Source of the DNA: Squalus acanthias
Taxonomy: Eukaryota
Assembly: GCA_030390025.1 (NCBI GenBank)
Contig: CM059431.1
Coordinates: 123,940,001-124,004,000 of the forward strand
Direction: 5' to 3'
Length of the DNA: 64,000 nt
How positions within the stretch are numbered: the first letter of the stretch is position 1; each line of letters starts with the position of its first letter. The notes beneath the pieces are model-generated. The model worked only from the letters and a program-made list of their open reading frames with translations, had not been told where the DNA came from and ran no database searches. Positions 22,921 to 34,424 of this stretch are shown here, in pieces. The position numbers and the translations under genes were made by a program.

Positions 22921-25900
22921 TATTGCTGCTTTGCAACTTACTAGCCATTAATCACTACATAATTAAATCTATGATCAAATTAACATCTTCTCTGTTCATT
23001 CTGGTTCTTTTAGATTCAGATAAAACTGAGGTAAATTTACGTAGAAAGGCTGCCCTTCTATTTGTGGCGTAAATAGTTATGAGTTTTTTAATTAGAGTGC
23101 CACTTTGAACTGTTGTTCACACAATTCTGGATTCTGCGTCACAATAAATAATTGTGAGATGATGACATTTAGCTAATAGTATTCATTCTGCTTGGTCATC
23201 AGCCCCATCACTGAAGCATTTCATACTTTTCTGTGTTTCTCAGAGAAAGTACTTCAGGGCTGTTTCGATGTCCTGAAACTTAAGAACTGCCTTATTTGTA
23301 ATCAGTGCAGAAACATTCTTCTGCAGCCTTTTTAATTGGACCATTAATCCGGAAAATCTTCCATGTAAGGACAGAAAAAGGATTATTAACCTGTTTCAAC
23401 CCTGCTACAAAAATATATTGGATTGGATTAAAACTTTGAATATGGTGCAGTAGATGTTGTTTTCTGAATGTTTAGCCCTAATTCGTGAAAATTAACCCTT
23501 AACAAATTTAGAAATAATTTTCACAATACACAGAGTATAAAATTGGCAGAAAACTATTAATACAAATGAAAGATTCTTAAAAAGTGCTGTATTTGAATAT
23601 GTAAATGATAACATTGATTAACTGCAAAATGTGTAACACATAAAACAAACTATTAAATACGTGAATGCATATACATTTTCACAGCAAAAAAAATCTTTTT
23701 TTCCCTTTTGTTTCATTTTTTAATTTCCTCACCAAATTTCTCCTTTCCTCTGAAGATGTTGACTCCTTGCTGGGGTCCGATTCCACAGGTGGCAGGTGTC
23801 CTCTGGGACTTCTCCCAAGCAGAGAACATCTGTAGAAGTTCAGAAGGATTTGAGAGCGGTTAATCTATATCTCTTAAAAGTAATCCCCATTTCTTTTTCA
23901 AGTTACTTTCAAGACTTCAATTTTATCTTGAGATCTGAGGAATGTTCAGTTGCTGACAACAATTGCAGATGTAATGTGAAAAATAAGATAAATACAATGA
24001 TAGCAAATTTATTGCATGGAACAGCTGATTAACATAAGAACATAAGAACATAAGAAATAGGAGCAGGAGTAGACCAATCGGCCCCTCGAGCCTGCTCCAC
24101 CATTCAATGAGATCATGGCTGATCTGATCCAACCTCAACTCTAAAGAACACAAGAAGCAGGAGCAGGACCAGGCCACTCGGCCCCTGGGCCCGCTCCGCC
24201 ACCCACAGGGCCTTGACCGATCCGAACTCAAACTCATGTCCAATTTCCAGCCCGCTCCCCGTAACCCCTGATTCCCTTTACTTCTAGGAAACGGTCTATT
24301 TCTGTTTTAAATTTATTTAATGAAGTAGCTTCCACAGCTTCCTGGGGCAGCAAATTCCACAGACCCACTACCCTCTGAGTGAAAAAGTTTCTCCTCATCT
24401 CAGTTTTGAAAGAGGAGCTCCTTATTCTAAGATTATGTCCCCTAGTTCTAGTTTCACCCATCATTGGGAACATCCTCACCGCGTCCACCCGATCAAGCCC
24501 CTTCACAATCTTATATGTTTCAATAAGATCGCCTCTCATTCTTCTGAACTCCAATGAGTAGAGTCCCAATCTACTCAACCTCTCCTCGTATGTCCACCCC
24601 CTCATCCCGGAATTAACCGAGTGAACCTTCTTTGTACTGCCTCTAGAGCAAGTATGTATTTTCTTAAGTATGGACACCAAAACTGTATGCAGTACTCCAG
24701 GTGCGGTCTCACCAATACCCTATACAACTGTAGCAATACCTCCCTGTTTTTATATTCTATCCCCCTAGCAATAAAAGCCAACATTCCATTGGCTTTCTTG
24801 ATCACCTGCTGCACCTGCATACTAACTTTTTGATTTTCTTGCACCAAGACCCCCAGATCCCTTTGTACTGCAGTACTTTCCAGTTTCTCGCCATTAAGAT
24901 AATAACTTGCTCTCTGATTTTTCCTGCCAAAGTGCATAACCTCACATTTTCCAATATTGTATTGCATCTGCCAAATCTCTGCCCACTCACCCAGCCTGTC
25001 TATATCCCCTTGTAGGTTTTTTATGTCCTCCTCACTCTCTACTTTCCCTCCCATCTTTGTATCATCTGCAAACTTTGATATGTTACACTCGGTCCCCTCC
25101 TCCAAATCGTTAATATAGATTGTAAAGAGTTGGGGACCCAGCACCGACCCCTGCGGAACACCACTGGCTACTGGTTGCCAGTCCGAGAATGAACCATTTA
25201 TCCCAACTCTCTGCTTCCTGTTAGACAACCAATCCTCCACACATGCCAGAATATTACCCCCAATCCAGTGATTTTTTATCTTGAGTAATAATCTTTTATG
25301 TGGCACCTTGTCGAATGCCTTCTGGAAGTCTAAATACACTACATCCACTGGTTCCCCTTTATCTACCCTGTACGTTATGTCCTCAAAGAACTCGAGCAAA
25401 TTTGTCAGACATGACTTCCTCTTCATAAAGCCATGCTGACTTTGTCCTATTAAATTATGTTTATCTAAATGTTCCGATACTGTCTCCTTAATAATAGACT
25501 CCAAAATTTTACCCACCACAGATGTTAGGCTAACTGGTCTATAATTTCCAGCCTTCTGCCTACAACCCTTTTTAAATAAGGGTGTTACATTAGCAGTTTT
25601 CCAATCTGCCGGGACCTTTGCTGAGTTCAGGGAGTTTTGGAAAATTATTACCAAAGCATCCACAATTCCTACTGCCACTTCCCTCAAGACCCTAGGATGT
25701 AAGCCATCAGGTCCAGGGGATTTATCCGCCTTGAGTCCCATTATTTTACTGAGTACCAATTCCTTAGTGATTTTAATCATATTTAGCTCCTCCCCCCCTA
25801 GAGCCCCCTGTTTGTCCAGTGTTGGGATAGTCTTAGTGTCCTCTACCGTAAAGACTGAAACAAAATATTTGTTCAGCATTTTTGCCATCTCCATGTTTCC

Positions 25901-27449
25901 CACCATTAATTTCCCGGTCTCATCCTCTAAGGGACCTACGTTTGCCTTAGCCACCCTTTTTCTTTTTATATAACTATAGAAACTCTTGCTATCTGTTTTT
26001 ATATTTTTTGCTAATTTATTTTCATAATCTATCTTCCCTTTCTTAATCAATCCTTCAGTTACTTTTTGCTGTCTTTTGAAGACTTTCCAATCTTCTATCC
26101 TCCCACTAAGTTTGGCTACCTTATATGTCCTTGTTTTTAGTTGGATACTATCCTTAATTTCTTTACTTAGCCACGGATGGCTGTCATTTCTTTTACACCC
26201 TTTTTTCATCAGTGGAATATATATTTTTTGAAAGTTGTAAAATAACTCCTTAAATGAACACCACTGCTCATGTACCGTCTTACACTTTAATCTATTTTCC
26301 CAGTCCACTTTAATCAATTCCGCTCTCATACCATCATAGTCTCCTTTATTCAAGCTCAGTACGCTTGTCTGAGAACCAATCTTCTCACCCTCTAATTGGA
26401 TATGGAATTCAACCATGTTATGGTCACTCATTCCAAGGGGATCCTTAACTAGGACATTGTTAATTAATCCTGACTCATTACACAGGACCAGGTCCAAGGT
26501 TGCTTGCCCCCTTGTAGGATCAGTTACATACTGCTCAAGAAATCCATCCCTAATACACTCAATAAACTCTTCCTCAAGGCTGCCCTGCCCAATTTGATTT
26601 GTCCAGTTAATATGATAGTTAAAATCCCCCATAATTATAGCTGTTCCCTTATTACATGCCCCAACTATTTCCTGATTAATACTTCTTCCAGCAGAGTTGC
26701 AACTATTAGGAGGCCTATATACTACTCCCACTAGTGTTTTTTTCCCTTTATTATTCCTTATCTCCACCCAAACTGTTTCATTATCCTGATCCTTTGACCC
26801 AATATCATTTCTCTGGAATACAGTGATTCCTTCCTTTATTAACATAGCTACCCCACCTCCTCTTCCTTCCTGTCTGTCCTTCCTGATTGTTAAATACCCT
26901 GGCATATTTAATTCCCAGTCGTTGTCACTCTGCAGCCATGTTTCTGTAATGGCCACAAGATCATACCCATACGTAGTTATTTGTACCGTCAATTCGTCTA
27001 TTTTGTTACGAATGCTGCGTGCATTCAGATAAAGAACTTTCAAATGTGTTTTGCGACACTTACTTCCTGCTTTTTCCTTATTTAACACTTTGGGGTAGAA
27101 ATTAGGTCGCTCCCCATTTGGGGCGCAAATATCGTCTGGACGCAAAAATTAGCGCCTGGCGCTAATTATCGGCACTGACTGGAAACTTCACTTTTACCGC
27201 CCCGGGAGGTGAGTGGAGCACTAAAGCAGGCACTGCACACCTGTCTTAAGGCGCAAAGGCCAAGGAGTGAGGCGCTAACTCAGCGCGCGAGCGCAGCGCA
27301 GCTGCTGCCAGTTAGCGAGGGAACACAGACACACTGGCGCCGGCCACTTCTTAAAGCGGGGAGGGCCACTTGCTCCCCAGCCACACCCTGCTCATTGCAG
27401 CCTTGAATCTCAGCCTGGAGAGACCTGTGAATCCATTTTGCTGCCAAGC

Positions 27450-29327
27450 ATGGAGAGGGTGAGAGAACGAGCTCATCGCTTCACCGAGCGGGCCTTGGAT
27501 GCTCTGGTTGGCGCAGTGGAGCGCAGACGATGTATGCTCTTCCCTGAGAGTGGCAGGAGGCCTTTGCCACGCAAGTTCAGAAGAGTGTGGAGGGAGGTGG
27601 CTCAGAGCGTCTCCTCCAGGAGCATGGTGCCCAGGACCCATACTCAATGCCGCAAAAAGTTCAACGACCTCACTCGGGTCGTCAAGGTGAGTGGCTTTTT
27701 CTCAATACCTCTCCATCCCTCCATCTCAACCTCACTCTATGGCCAGAGCGTCTTAAAACCGCAATGCACAACACTCATCCAACACCTATGGCCCTTTCAT
27801 CAAACACACACACACATTCCACACTTTGCATACAGTAAGGGCTATTCACCTATGGGAGGCACATCAGGCAATACCATGGCTGTATATTGTAAGGGCTATT
27901 CACCTATGGGAGGCACATCAGGCAAGACCATGGCTGCATATTGTAAGGGCTATTCACCTATGGGAGGCACATCAGGCAAGACCATGGCTGTATATTTACT
28001 CAGATGCTGTCCTTTTTCTTGCAGGCCAAGCTGGCTCATAATAGGAGACAGCAGCAACGGACGGGTGGAGGGCGGCCTCAGCTGCAACCCCTCAGCGATC
28101 TTGAGGAGCGCGTCCACAGGATTGTGGCAAGCCGGGTGATCGGTCCCGTCGCCACTGGAGACGCCGACCCCGTTCTGGACAGCAATGGTAAGGTCATCAC
28201 CTTTTTGTCCTCTGTCCTTCCACTTGTCCCTCATAACACCAGCCTTTGACACTTTCAATCCAACTTGCTAACTCGCTGCACTTATTCCTCCCTTACTGCC
28301 ACCCTGTCCTCACGCTAAAGCCACTCTTGTACCTCCCTGCTTTCAGATGGTGATTCACCAGCTGAGGAGACGGGCCCTGAAGCTGCCACTGGGAGTGATG
28401 CTGCAGCTGAGGAGGAAGAGGAAGCCAGAGCATCAGTGCCACCCTCTCCCGAGGAAGCCCATGCCCACACTGGGAGCACGCCTTCCCCGGAGGGGAGCAG
28501 GGGGGAAGGGGCTGATGAGGGTGAAGCTCCAGGACCCAGCGGGCTGCAGCAACGCCATGGGGGGGGGTAGGGAAGAACGGGGGCCTTCTCCCCAGAGGGA
28601 GAGTATGCCAGACACTCCTACTGCAATGGACGCAGAGGAGGAGCGGCTGATTGCAGAAATGAACACCCAGGCGGTGGGCATGCACACTGAGCTCATGGGT
28701 GCAGTGGGAAGGGTGCCCGAATGCATTGAGTCACTGGCAAGGAGTGTGGAGCACTTCGCTGTAGCACAGGCGGATGCCACACTAATGCTTAGTGCTGCAA
28801 TTCAGTCACTGGCTGCCGTGATCCCATCTCTGACTGCTCTCATACAGACTCAGATTGAGGCCACGCGAGCACAGACTGCTGCCAACCTCGATGGTTCGTG
28901 CACATGTCCCCGGGGCTGTCACCGCGCCGCAGCAGGCCAGCAATCTGTTCTCCGGCAGATTGCTCCGGATGCTGAAGTGCTGCCCCGTGGGAGTGCCAGT
29001 GTGTCGGGCGAGCAGGGAGTTGCTGTCCTCTCTCACGATGACAGCATTCCTGCTGCCAACACTGTCACTTCTCCACTGCACTTGCCACCGCCTGTAGGAC
29101 AGACTGCTGCCGCCCATGCAGAGTTGGTGCAGTTTGCAGCCGGGCCCTCCAGGCCCAGAAGTGGTCGAGGCCGTCCTTCAGGGGCATCTGCAGTGTCAGG
29201 GTCTGACGAGCAGCAGCCTTCCACCAGCCTTGCTGCAGCCACTGAGGTCCCATTACGGAGGAGCAGTAGGGTTAGAAGGGGGGAAGTGCGCAAGGGAATG
29301 AGATCACCCTCGAAGGGCAAAAAGTAG
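27450..29327 (+). pseudogene. Harbinger Myb/SANT partner, 3 exons (27450-27686, 28025-28187, 28347-29327), +1 frameshift in a G9 run at 28559-28567
   Basis: MERVRERAHRFTERAL...CRKKFNDLTRVVK|GTGAGT. Exon 2 is 163 nt, as in A. Exon 3 aligns to A in one frame before the G run and in the next frame after it. Confidence 0.85.
27835..27996 (+). repeat. 54-bp tandem triplication in intron 1 of the Myb gene
   Basis: GTAAGGGCTATTCACCTATGGGAGGCACATCAGGCAA(T/G)ACCATGGCTG(T/C)ATATT three times. Confidence 0.95.
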
Positions 29328-29621
29328 GAGGTGTGACAAAATGCTGGTCATTTTTTTATTAAAGGCCGAGGTTCATGGTCCAACTTTTGTTTAGTGTTTT
29401 GGACATTATCTCCAGGTTGTGAGAACCAGTTATGTTATTGACTGTTTTTTTGTGTTTATTTCTATGAGTTTGTCATGAGGAATTGACACACACAGAGTTT
29501 GTAAAATAAATAAGTTTCTGTATTCAAAATATACATGGCTGGTGGTTGGAATTATTGGTGCCTTGGCCGGCTTAGGGGTTGCCTGCTGGGTTGATTAATG
29601 TTGGTAGCAATGGCAGGGGCC

Positions 29622-30782
29622 CTAGAAGCGGCTTGCTATTGGCCGTTGACGGACGGCTCTTGCAGTTTGACCATTGTGGGCCACCCTCCCGCCTTGGTGC
29701 TGCTGATGATCATCGTCCTCGTCCTCTTCCTCCTCTTCCTCCTCCTCCTCTGGTGGTGCTCCAAGGCCTGGTGGCATTGGCTGGGTCCTGAGGATTGCCA
29801 TGTTATGCAACATGCAGCACATGACTACGAAGTTCGATACTTGCTCAGGCGAGTACTGCAGGGCTCCTCCGGAATGGTCCAGACAGCGGAACCATTGTTT
29901 CAGCACGCCGATTGTGCGCTCAATAATGTTCCTGGTTGCTTGATGGCTTTCATTGTACCGCAGCTCAGCAGGGGTGTTGGGCGTACGGAGCGGTGTCATC
30001 AGCCAGGTGCTCAATGCATACCCCTTGTCCCCGAGAAGCCAACCAACTGGCTGATGCGGTGCCTCGAAAACTTCTGCCACAGTAGTCTGGCGCAGGATAA
30101 AAGCATTGTGGCAGCTGCCAGGATAGTGGGCATTGACAGCGAGTATCAGCTGTCTGTGGTCACAGACCAACTGGACATTCAAGGAATGGAACCCCTTTCT
30201 GTTCCTGAATTCCTCTGCATTCTCTCGCGGAGCACGCAAAGCCACATGCGTGCAGTCAATGGCGCCCTGCACCATGGGGAAGCCCGCTACCCTCGCAAAG
30301 CCCAGAGCGCGGTCACGCTGCTTGTCTGGGGTCATAGGGAAAGAGATGAACTCTCGTCTCCTTCTGAAGAGGGCATTTGTGACCTGCCGGATGCAGCAAT
30401 GCACCGCGAACTGGGAGATATTGGCGAGGTCCCCAACAGCAGCTTGGAATGAGCCAGTGGCGTAAAAGTTCAAAGCCACTGTGACCTTCACTGCCACCGA
30501 CAGAGACATCCTGGACCTCAGTTGAGGCTGCAGATCTGGGTGCAGCAGGTGGCAGAGCTCAGTGACCACCTCCTTGCTGAATCGCAGCCTTCGCAAACAC
30601 AGCTCCTCGGACATATGGATGTAGGAGAGCTGTTCACGATATACCCTGGGAGGGTAAGCTCTCCTGTACATGCGCCTGATGGCCCTCCTCCGTCTGGCCA
30701 TCATTGCCACTCTCTCTCTGCGTCTCTGTATCCTCCGATTCAGCTAGAGCAGGACGACAACCCCAATCAGTGCAGCCCCCAT
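29622..30782 (-). CDS. Harbinger DDE transposase; TAG at codon 13, then an open 362-aa frame (ATG ATG at 30704)
   Basis: ATG GGG GCT at 30782 is in frame with ORF 29622-30710. GAIDCTHV, CHNAFIL (conserved HD is HN here), LGDKGY, IIERTIGVLK, CCMLHN and an acidic tail. Confidence 0.85.
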
Positions 30783-31378
30783 ATTCTCTTTGCAAGCAAA
30801 GTAATGAGGGACAGCAACTAAAGTAGCAACAAAGTTAGGATCAATAGGCAAAACTACCTCACAAAGCGTTGAGTCAATGTAGAAGTCTCTCTCTCTCTCT
30901 CTCCGAAACTCTCTCACTCTCTCAGAACGAGTGGTGCATAAATGTCGACCACAGAAAAAGACAGGAAGAGGCCCCCTTTAAATAGCGCCCCCCCCCCAGC
31001 CCCACAGCGATTGATAGCGTTCCAGTCTTCCGGTCGTTGGAAGCGCCAGGCGGCAAGGCAGGGGGCGCCACTCAATTTCCACTCCGGGGCGCCACAAGGG
31101 CGTTGCACCATGGAATGACGTCACAATCTGCGCGCGCAGGTGGTCGCAGCGGTAAGTTTTAGCGCCGCCGCACAATCTCTAGTTAAGTTCCCGAGCGGCG
31201 CAAACATCGCTGCGCCCGGGCGTTAGCGGCTTTGCGCCCCATTAGCGCCCTCTTAAGGCGATAACGGGAGGCGCAACCAACTGAATTTTTACCCCTTTAC
31301 CTTTTACTCCATACCTTCTGTCCCTTCATGACATGCTTTCCTCTGTCTCCCTGCTCAGGTTCCCAACCCCCTGCCACA

Positions 31379-32326
31379 TTAGTTTAAATCCTCCCCAACA
31401 GCACTAGCAAACACTCCCCCAAGGACAGCGATCCCGGCCCTGCCCAGGTGCAGACCGTTCGGTTTGTACTGGTCCCACCTCCCCCAGAACCGGTTCCAAT
31501 GTCCCAGGAATTTGAATCCCTCCCCCTTGCACCATTCCTCTAGCCACGTATTCATTTGAAATATCCTCCTATTTCTACTCTGACTAGCACGTGGCACTGG
31601 TAGCAATCCTGAGATTACTACCTTTGAGGTCCTATTTTTTAATTTACCTCCTAACTCCCTATATTCTGCTTTTAGGACCTCATCCCCTTTTTTACCTATA
31701 TCGTTGGTGCCTATGTGCACCACGACAGCTGGCTGTTCACCCTCCCCCTCCAAAATGTTCTGTAGCCGCTCCAAGACGTCCTTGACCCTTGCACCAGGGA
31801 GGCAACACACCATCCTGGAGTCTCGGTTGCGGCCGCAGAAACGCCTATCTATTCCCCTTACAATTGAGTCCCCTATCACTATAGCTCTTCCACTCATTTT
31901 CCTCCCAGCCTGTGCAGCAGAGCCGCCCATGGTGCCAGGAAGTTGGCTGCTGCTGCCTTCCCCTAAGTCATCCCCCCCAACAGTATCCAAAGCGGTATAT
32001 CTGTTTGAGAGGGGGATGGCCACAGGGGACCCCTGCACTACCTGCCTGCACCTCCTACTCTGCCTGGTGGTCACCCATTCCCTTCCTGCCTGTACACCCT
32101 TCACCTGCGGTGTGACCAACTCACTAAACGTGCTGTCCACGAGGTTTTCAGCATCGCGAATGCTCCAATATGCATCCAGCCGCAGCTCCAGCACCGCAAT
32201 GCGGGCTGTCAGTAGCTGCAGTTGGATACACTTCCCGCACACATGGTCGTCAGGGACACCGGAAGGGTCCCTGATTTCCCACATAGAGCAGGAGGAGCAC
32301 AACACGGGGCTGGGCTGTCCTGCCAT
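31379..32326 (-). CDS. CR1 ORF1p: Zn finger / leucine zipper + SGNH esterase domain, intact 315 aa
   Basis: CSSC-x14-CGKC, heptad leucines, LSNRY, VIGDSIVR, CLPGA, HIGTND, NGLHL. Confidence 0.92.
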   Translation of the reverse strand: MAGQPSPVLCSSCSMWEIRDPSGVPDDHVCGKCIQLQLLTARIAVLELRLDAYWSIRDAENLVDSTFSELVTPQVKGVQAGREWVTTRQSRRCRQVVQGSPVAIPLSNRYTALDTVGGDDLGEGSSSQLPGTMGGSAAQAGRKMSGRAIVIGDSIVRGIDRRFCGRNRDSRMVCCLPGARVKDVLERLQNILEGEGEQPAVVVHIGTNDIGKKGDEVLKAEYRELGGKLKNRTSKVVISGLLPVPRASQSRNRRIFQMNTWLEEWCKGEGFKFLGHWNRFWGRWDQYKPNGLHLGRAGIAVLGGVFASAVGEDLN

Positions 32327-32610
32327 GACTTACCCTTTAATTAATTGAACTTTAATTAAATCAAATCAATACCACCAATTTCACTCAATTAAATTAATTA
32401 CTCAAGGGCCCTTGGTTACTAGCACTAGAAATTATAATCACAAAATTAAGATCTTCGAAACTTTATAAACTATGAACCTTAACTATCAAACTATAAAGTA
32501 GTATATATACTAACCTGCCGTACTCACCCAATCAGCCGCTCCCTCCTGCTCACGTCACGTTTTGAATCGTAACGTGACTCTGGAACACCGCCGCCGGTCT
32601 GTGATTGGTA

Positions 32611-32911
32611 AACCTCTGCAAACAAAAGCCCGCGAAAATGAGTTTAGATACTCACCGGGCCTCGGCTCTCTCCGCCCCCGACATCAGCCTCTGTAAACAA
32701 AAGCCCGCGAAAGTGAGTTTAGATACTCACCGGGCCTCGGCTCTCTCTGCTCCCGACAGCAGCCTCTGCAAACAAAAGCCCGCGAAAGTGAGTTTAGATA
32801 CTCACCGGGCCTCGGCTCTCTCTGCACCCGACCAGCCTCTGCAAATAAAAGCCCGCGAAAGTGAGTTTAGATACTCACCGGGCCTCGGCTCTCTCCGCTC
32901 CCGACCAGCCT
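32611..32911. repeat. Four 73-75-bp tandem monomers in the CR1 5' UTR
   Basis: Unit CCTCTGCAAACAAAAGCCCGCGAAAGTGAGTTTAGATACTCACCGGGCCTCGGCTCTCT..., starting at 32613, 32688, 32763 and 32836. Confidence 0.9.
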
Positions 32912-33290
32912 CGCTGCTCCACTCACTTCTCGCCCAGGTCCGCCGCTGTAAATGGAATCATCGCCCATGTGTTCTGTATAATATTTCCAACAGTTTCCCT
33001 GTTCATAAGACTTAGATGTCTGTGCACTTTGTTACCAGAGAATAGATTTTTGGGCATAATTTTCACTTTTAACACTGGGTAAAAAACAAGTAATAGCGAA
33101 TCAGCATCCGGTTTACACCTCACCTGAAGTCAGTGAAAAAGAAAATTGGGTGAAATGGAAAACAGGTAGCCTGATGATAAATGTTAAAAGCACCCCCCTT
33201 AAATGGGCATTAATCAGATTGTCATTGACTCCCAAGTATATACCACCTCATGTTCTACCAGTGCTGCAGCTGCCATTCATCCAAAGCTAT

Positions 33291-33737
33291 AGAAGAAGAA
33301 GAAAGACTTGCATTTATATAGCACCTTTCACAATCACCGGACATCCAAAGCGCTTTACAGCCAATGAAGTACTTCTGTAGTGTAGTCACTGTTGTAATGT
33401 AGGAAATGCAGCAGCTAATTTGCACACAGCAAGCTCCCACAAACAGCAATGCGATAATGACCAGATAATCTGTTTCTGTTATGTTGATTGAGGGATAAAT
33501 ATTGGCCAGGCCACCAGGGATAATTCCTCTGCTCTTCTTCAAAATTGCGCCACGGGATCTTTTACATGCACCTGGTTCCATTTAATCATCTGAAATCTGG
33601 CACCTCCGACAGTGCAGCACTCCCTCAGCACTGCACTGGAGTGTCAGCCTAGATTTTTGTGCTCAAGTCTCTAGAGTGGGACTTGAACCCACAACCTTCT
33701 GACTCAGAGACAAGAGTGCTACCAACTGAGCCACAGC
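33291..33737 (-). mobile_element. tRNA-derived SINE (DeuSINE/SacSINE1-like, by recollection)
   Basis: A box TGGCTCAGTTGG, B box GGTTCAAGTCC, conserved central domain and tail GCTATATAAATGCAAGTCTTTC(TTC)n. Confidence 0.85.
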
Positions 33738-34424
33738 TGGCACATTTGTGTCCCTCAATGATGGCAAAGTGATTGATTGCAGCAGGATGCGGGCCATAAT
33801 CATTCTGCATGCTTTGGCTGGTGGTTTTTTGTACCTTCCCCAAGCGGTTAAGTCATAAGAATCATTGTTTCAGAACTATTTGCTCAATCATGACACATAC
33901 TATCCTGCATACCTGACTGTACCTCTGTTCTGTGGTGGGACGGGGGGTGTTGAGCAATATCTTGTGAGGTATGGTTTCAGAATTTAACAAACCCCCCCCC
34001 TCCCCCCCACCAACTTGCTTTGCAGTCCACCATCCTGATCAATGCTACAAACAGAGACAACTGGCTGAGGTTGAAGAAGACGTGCATTAATACTAGAAAT
34101 TGTGCATTCACAGGTAGGTTCCTTTGTGTGCATCATAAATGATGAAATGACAGCCTTTGTGGTTGATTTAACCGTGGGATTAACCTTGGGCATCCTAATC
34201 AGGAAGAGTGTGCAGCCAACGAGTCCCAAACATTGAGGAAGGCAGCAATCGAATGAACTCACTGCTCTATGCGCTACTGCTGCTCTCCATCTCTCTGGAA
34301 ACGAATGAGGCTTCTACCTTTGCAGGTAGTATATTAATCATGCTCTGAATCCAGGATATATTGGAATGATCCAGTGACAAAAAGATTTTAAGGCAACTGA
34401 GACATTCACAGCTAGTACAATTGA

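Larger units (their letters stand above)
27092..31295 (-). mobile_element. PIF/Harbinger DNA transposon B (4.2 kb, two convergent genes)
   Basis: TIRs GGGGTAGAAATT / AATTTTTACCCC (11/12). Exact TSD TTT (27089-27091, 31296-31298). Same organisation as A in the opposite orientation. Confidence 0.95.
24234..31388 (-). pseudogene. CR1 ORF2 (APE endonuclease + RT), disrupted
   Basis: LKVLYLNARSIRNK, ITETW, GDFN, SDHN and RT motifs. Removing 27092-31295 plus one TSD restores the frame (…GVKGK|VLNKEK…). An early TGA lies near 31327 and a 1-nt deletion near 24607 relative to the + copy. Confidence 0.9.
24031..32950 (-). mobile_element. Near full-length CR1 LINE (5' UTR monomers, ORF1, ORF2, double 3' tail), interrupted by Harbinger B
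   Basis: (TTCTTATG)n tail at 24031-24056; ORF2; ORF1 31379-32326; repeat-containing 5' UTR. The 5' boundary is approximate. Confidence 0.93.

Noticed and set aside
27438..28139. 233-aa single-exon protein with GYSPMGGTSG repeats
   Set aside because: It reads through a canonical intron conserved with element A, and the repeats are the intronic triplication.
29598..30452. 284-aa ORF with a hydrophobic stretch (and similar ORFs at 7531-7866, 8711-9172, 31704-32348)
   Set aside because: These are antisense shadows of TE genes. The Leu/Phe run is the reverse complement of the poly-Glu tail.
32611..32911. Regular repeats with an internal palindrome, suggestive of a CRISPR array
   Set aside because: The units are contiguous near-identical monomers with no unique spacers, there are no cas genes, and the context is a eukaryotic LINE 5' UTR.
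32605..33015. 136-aa repetitive ORF
   Set aside because: It is a translation of the tandem monomers, antisense to the LINE, with a non-ATG start.
33660..33737. tRNA gene (also 16895-16980)
   Set aside because: A and B boxes are present, but they are heads of retroposed elements continuing into SINE/LINE bodies. I could not build a full cloverleaf.
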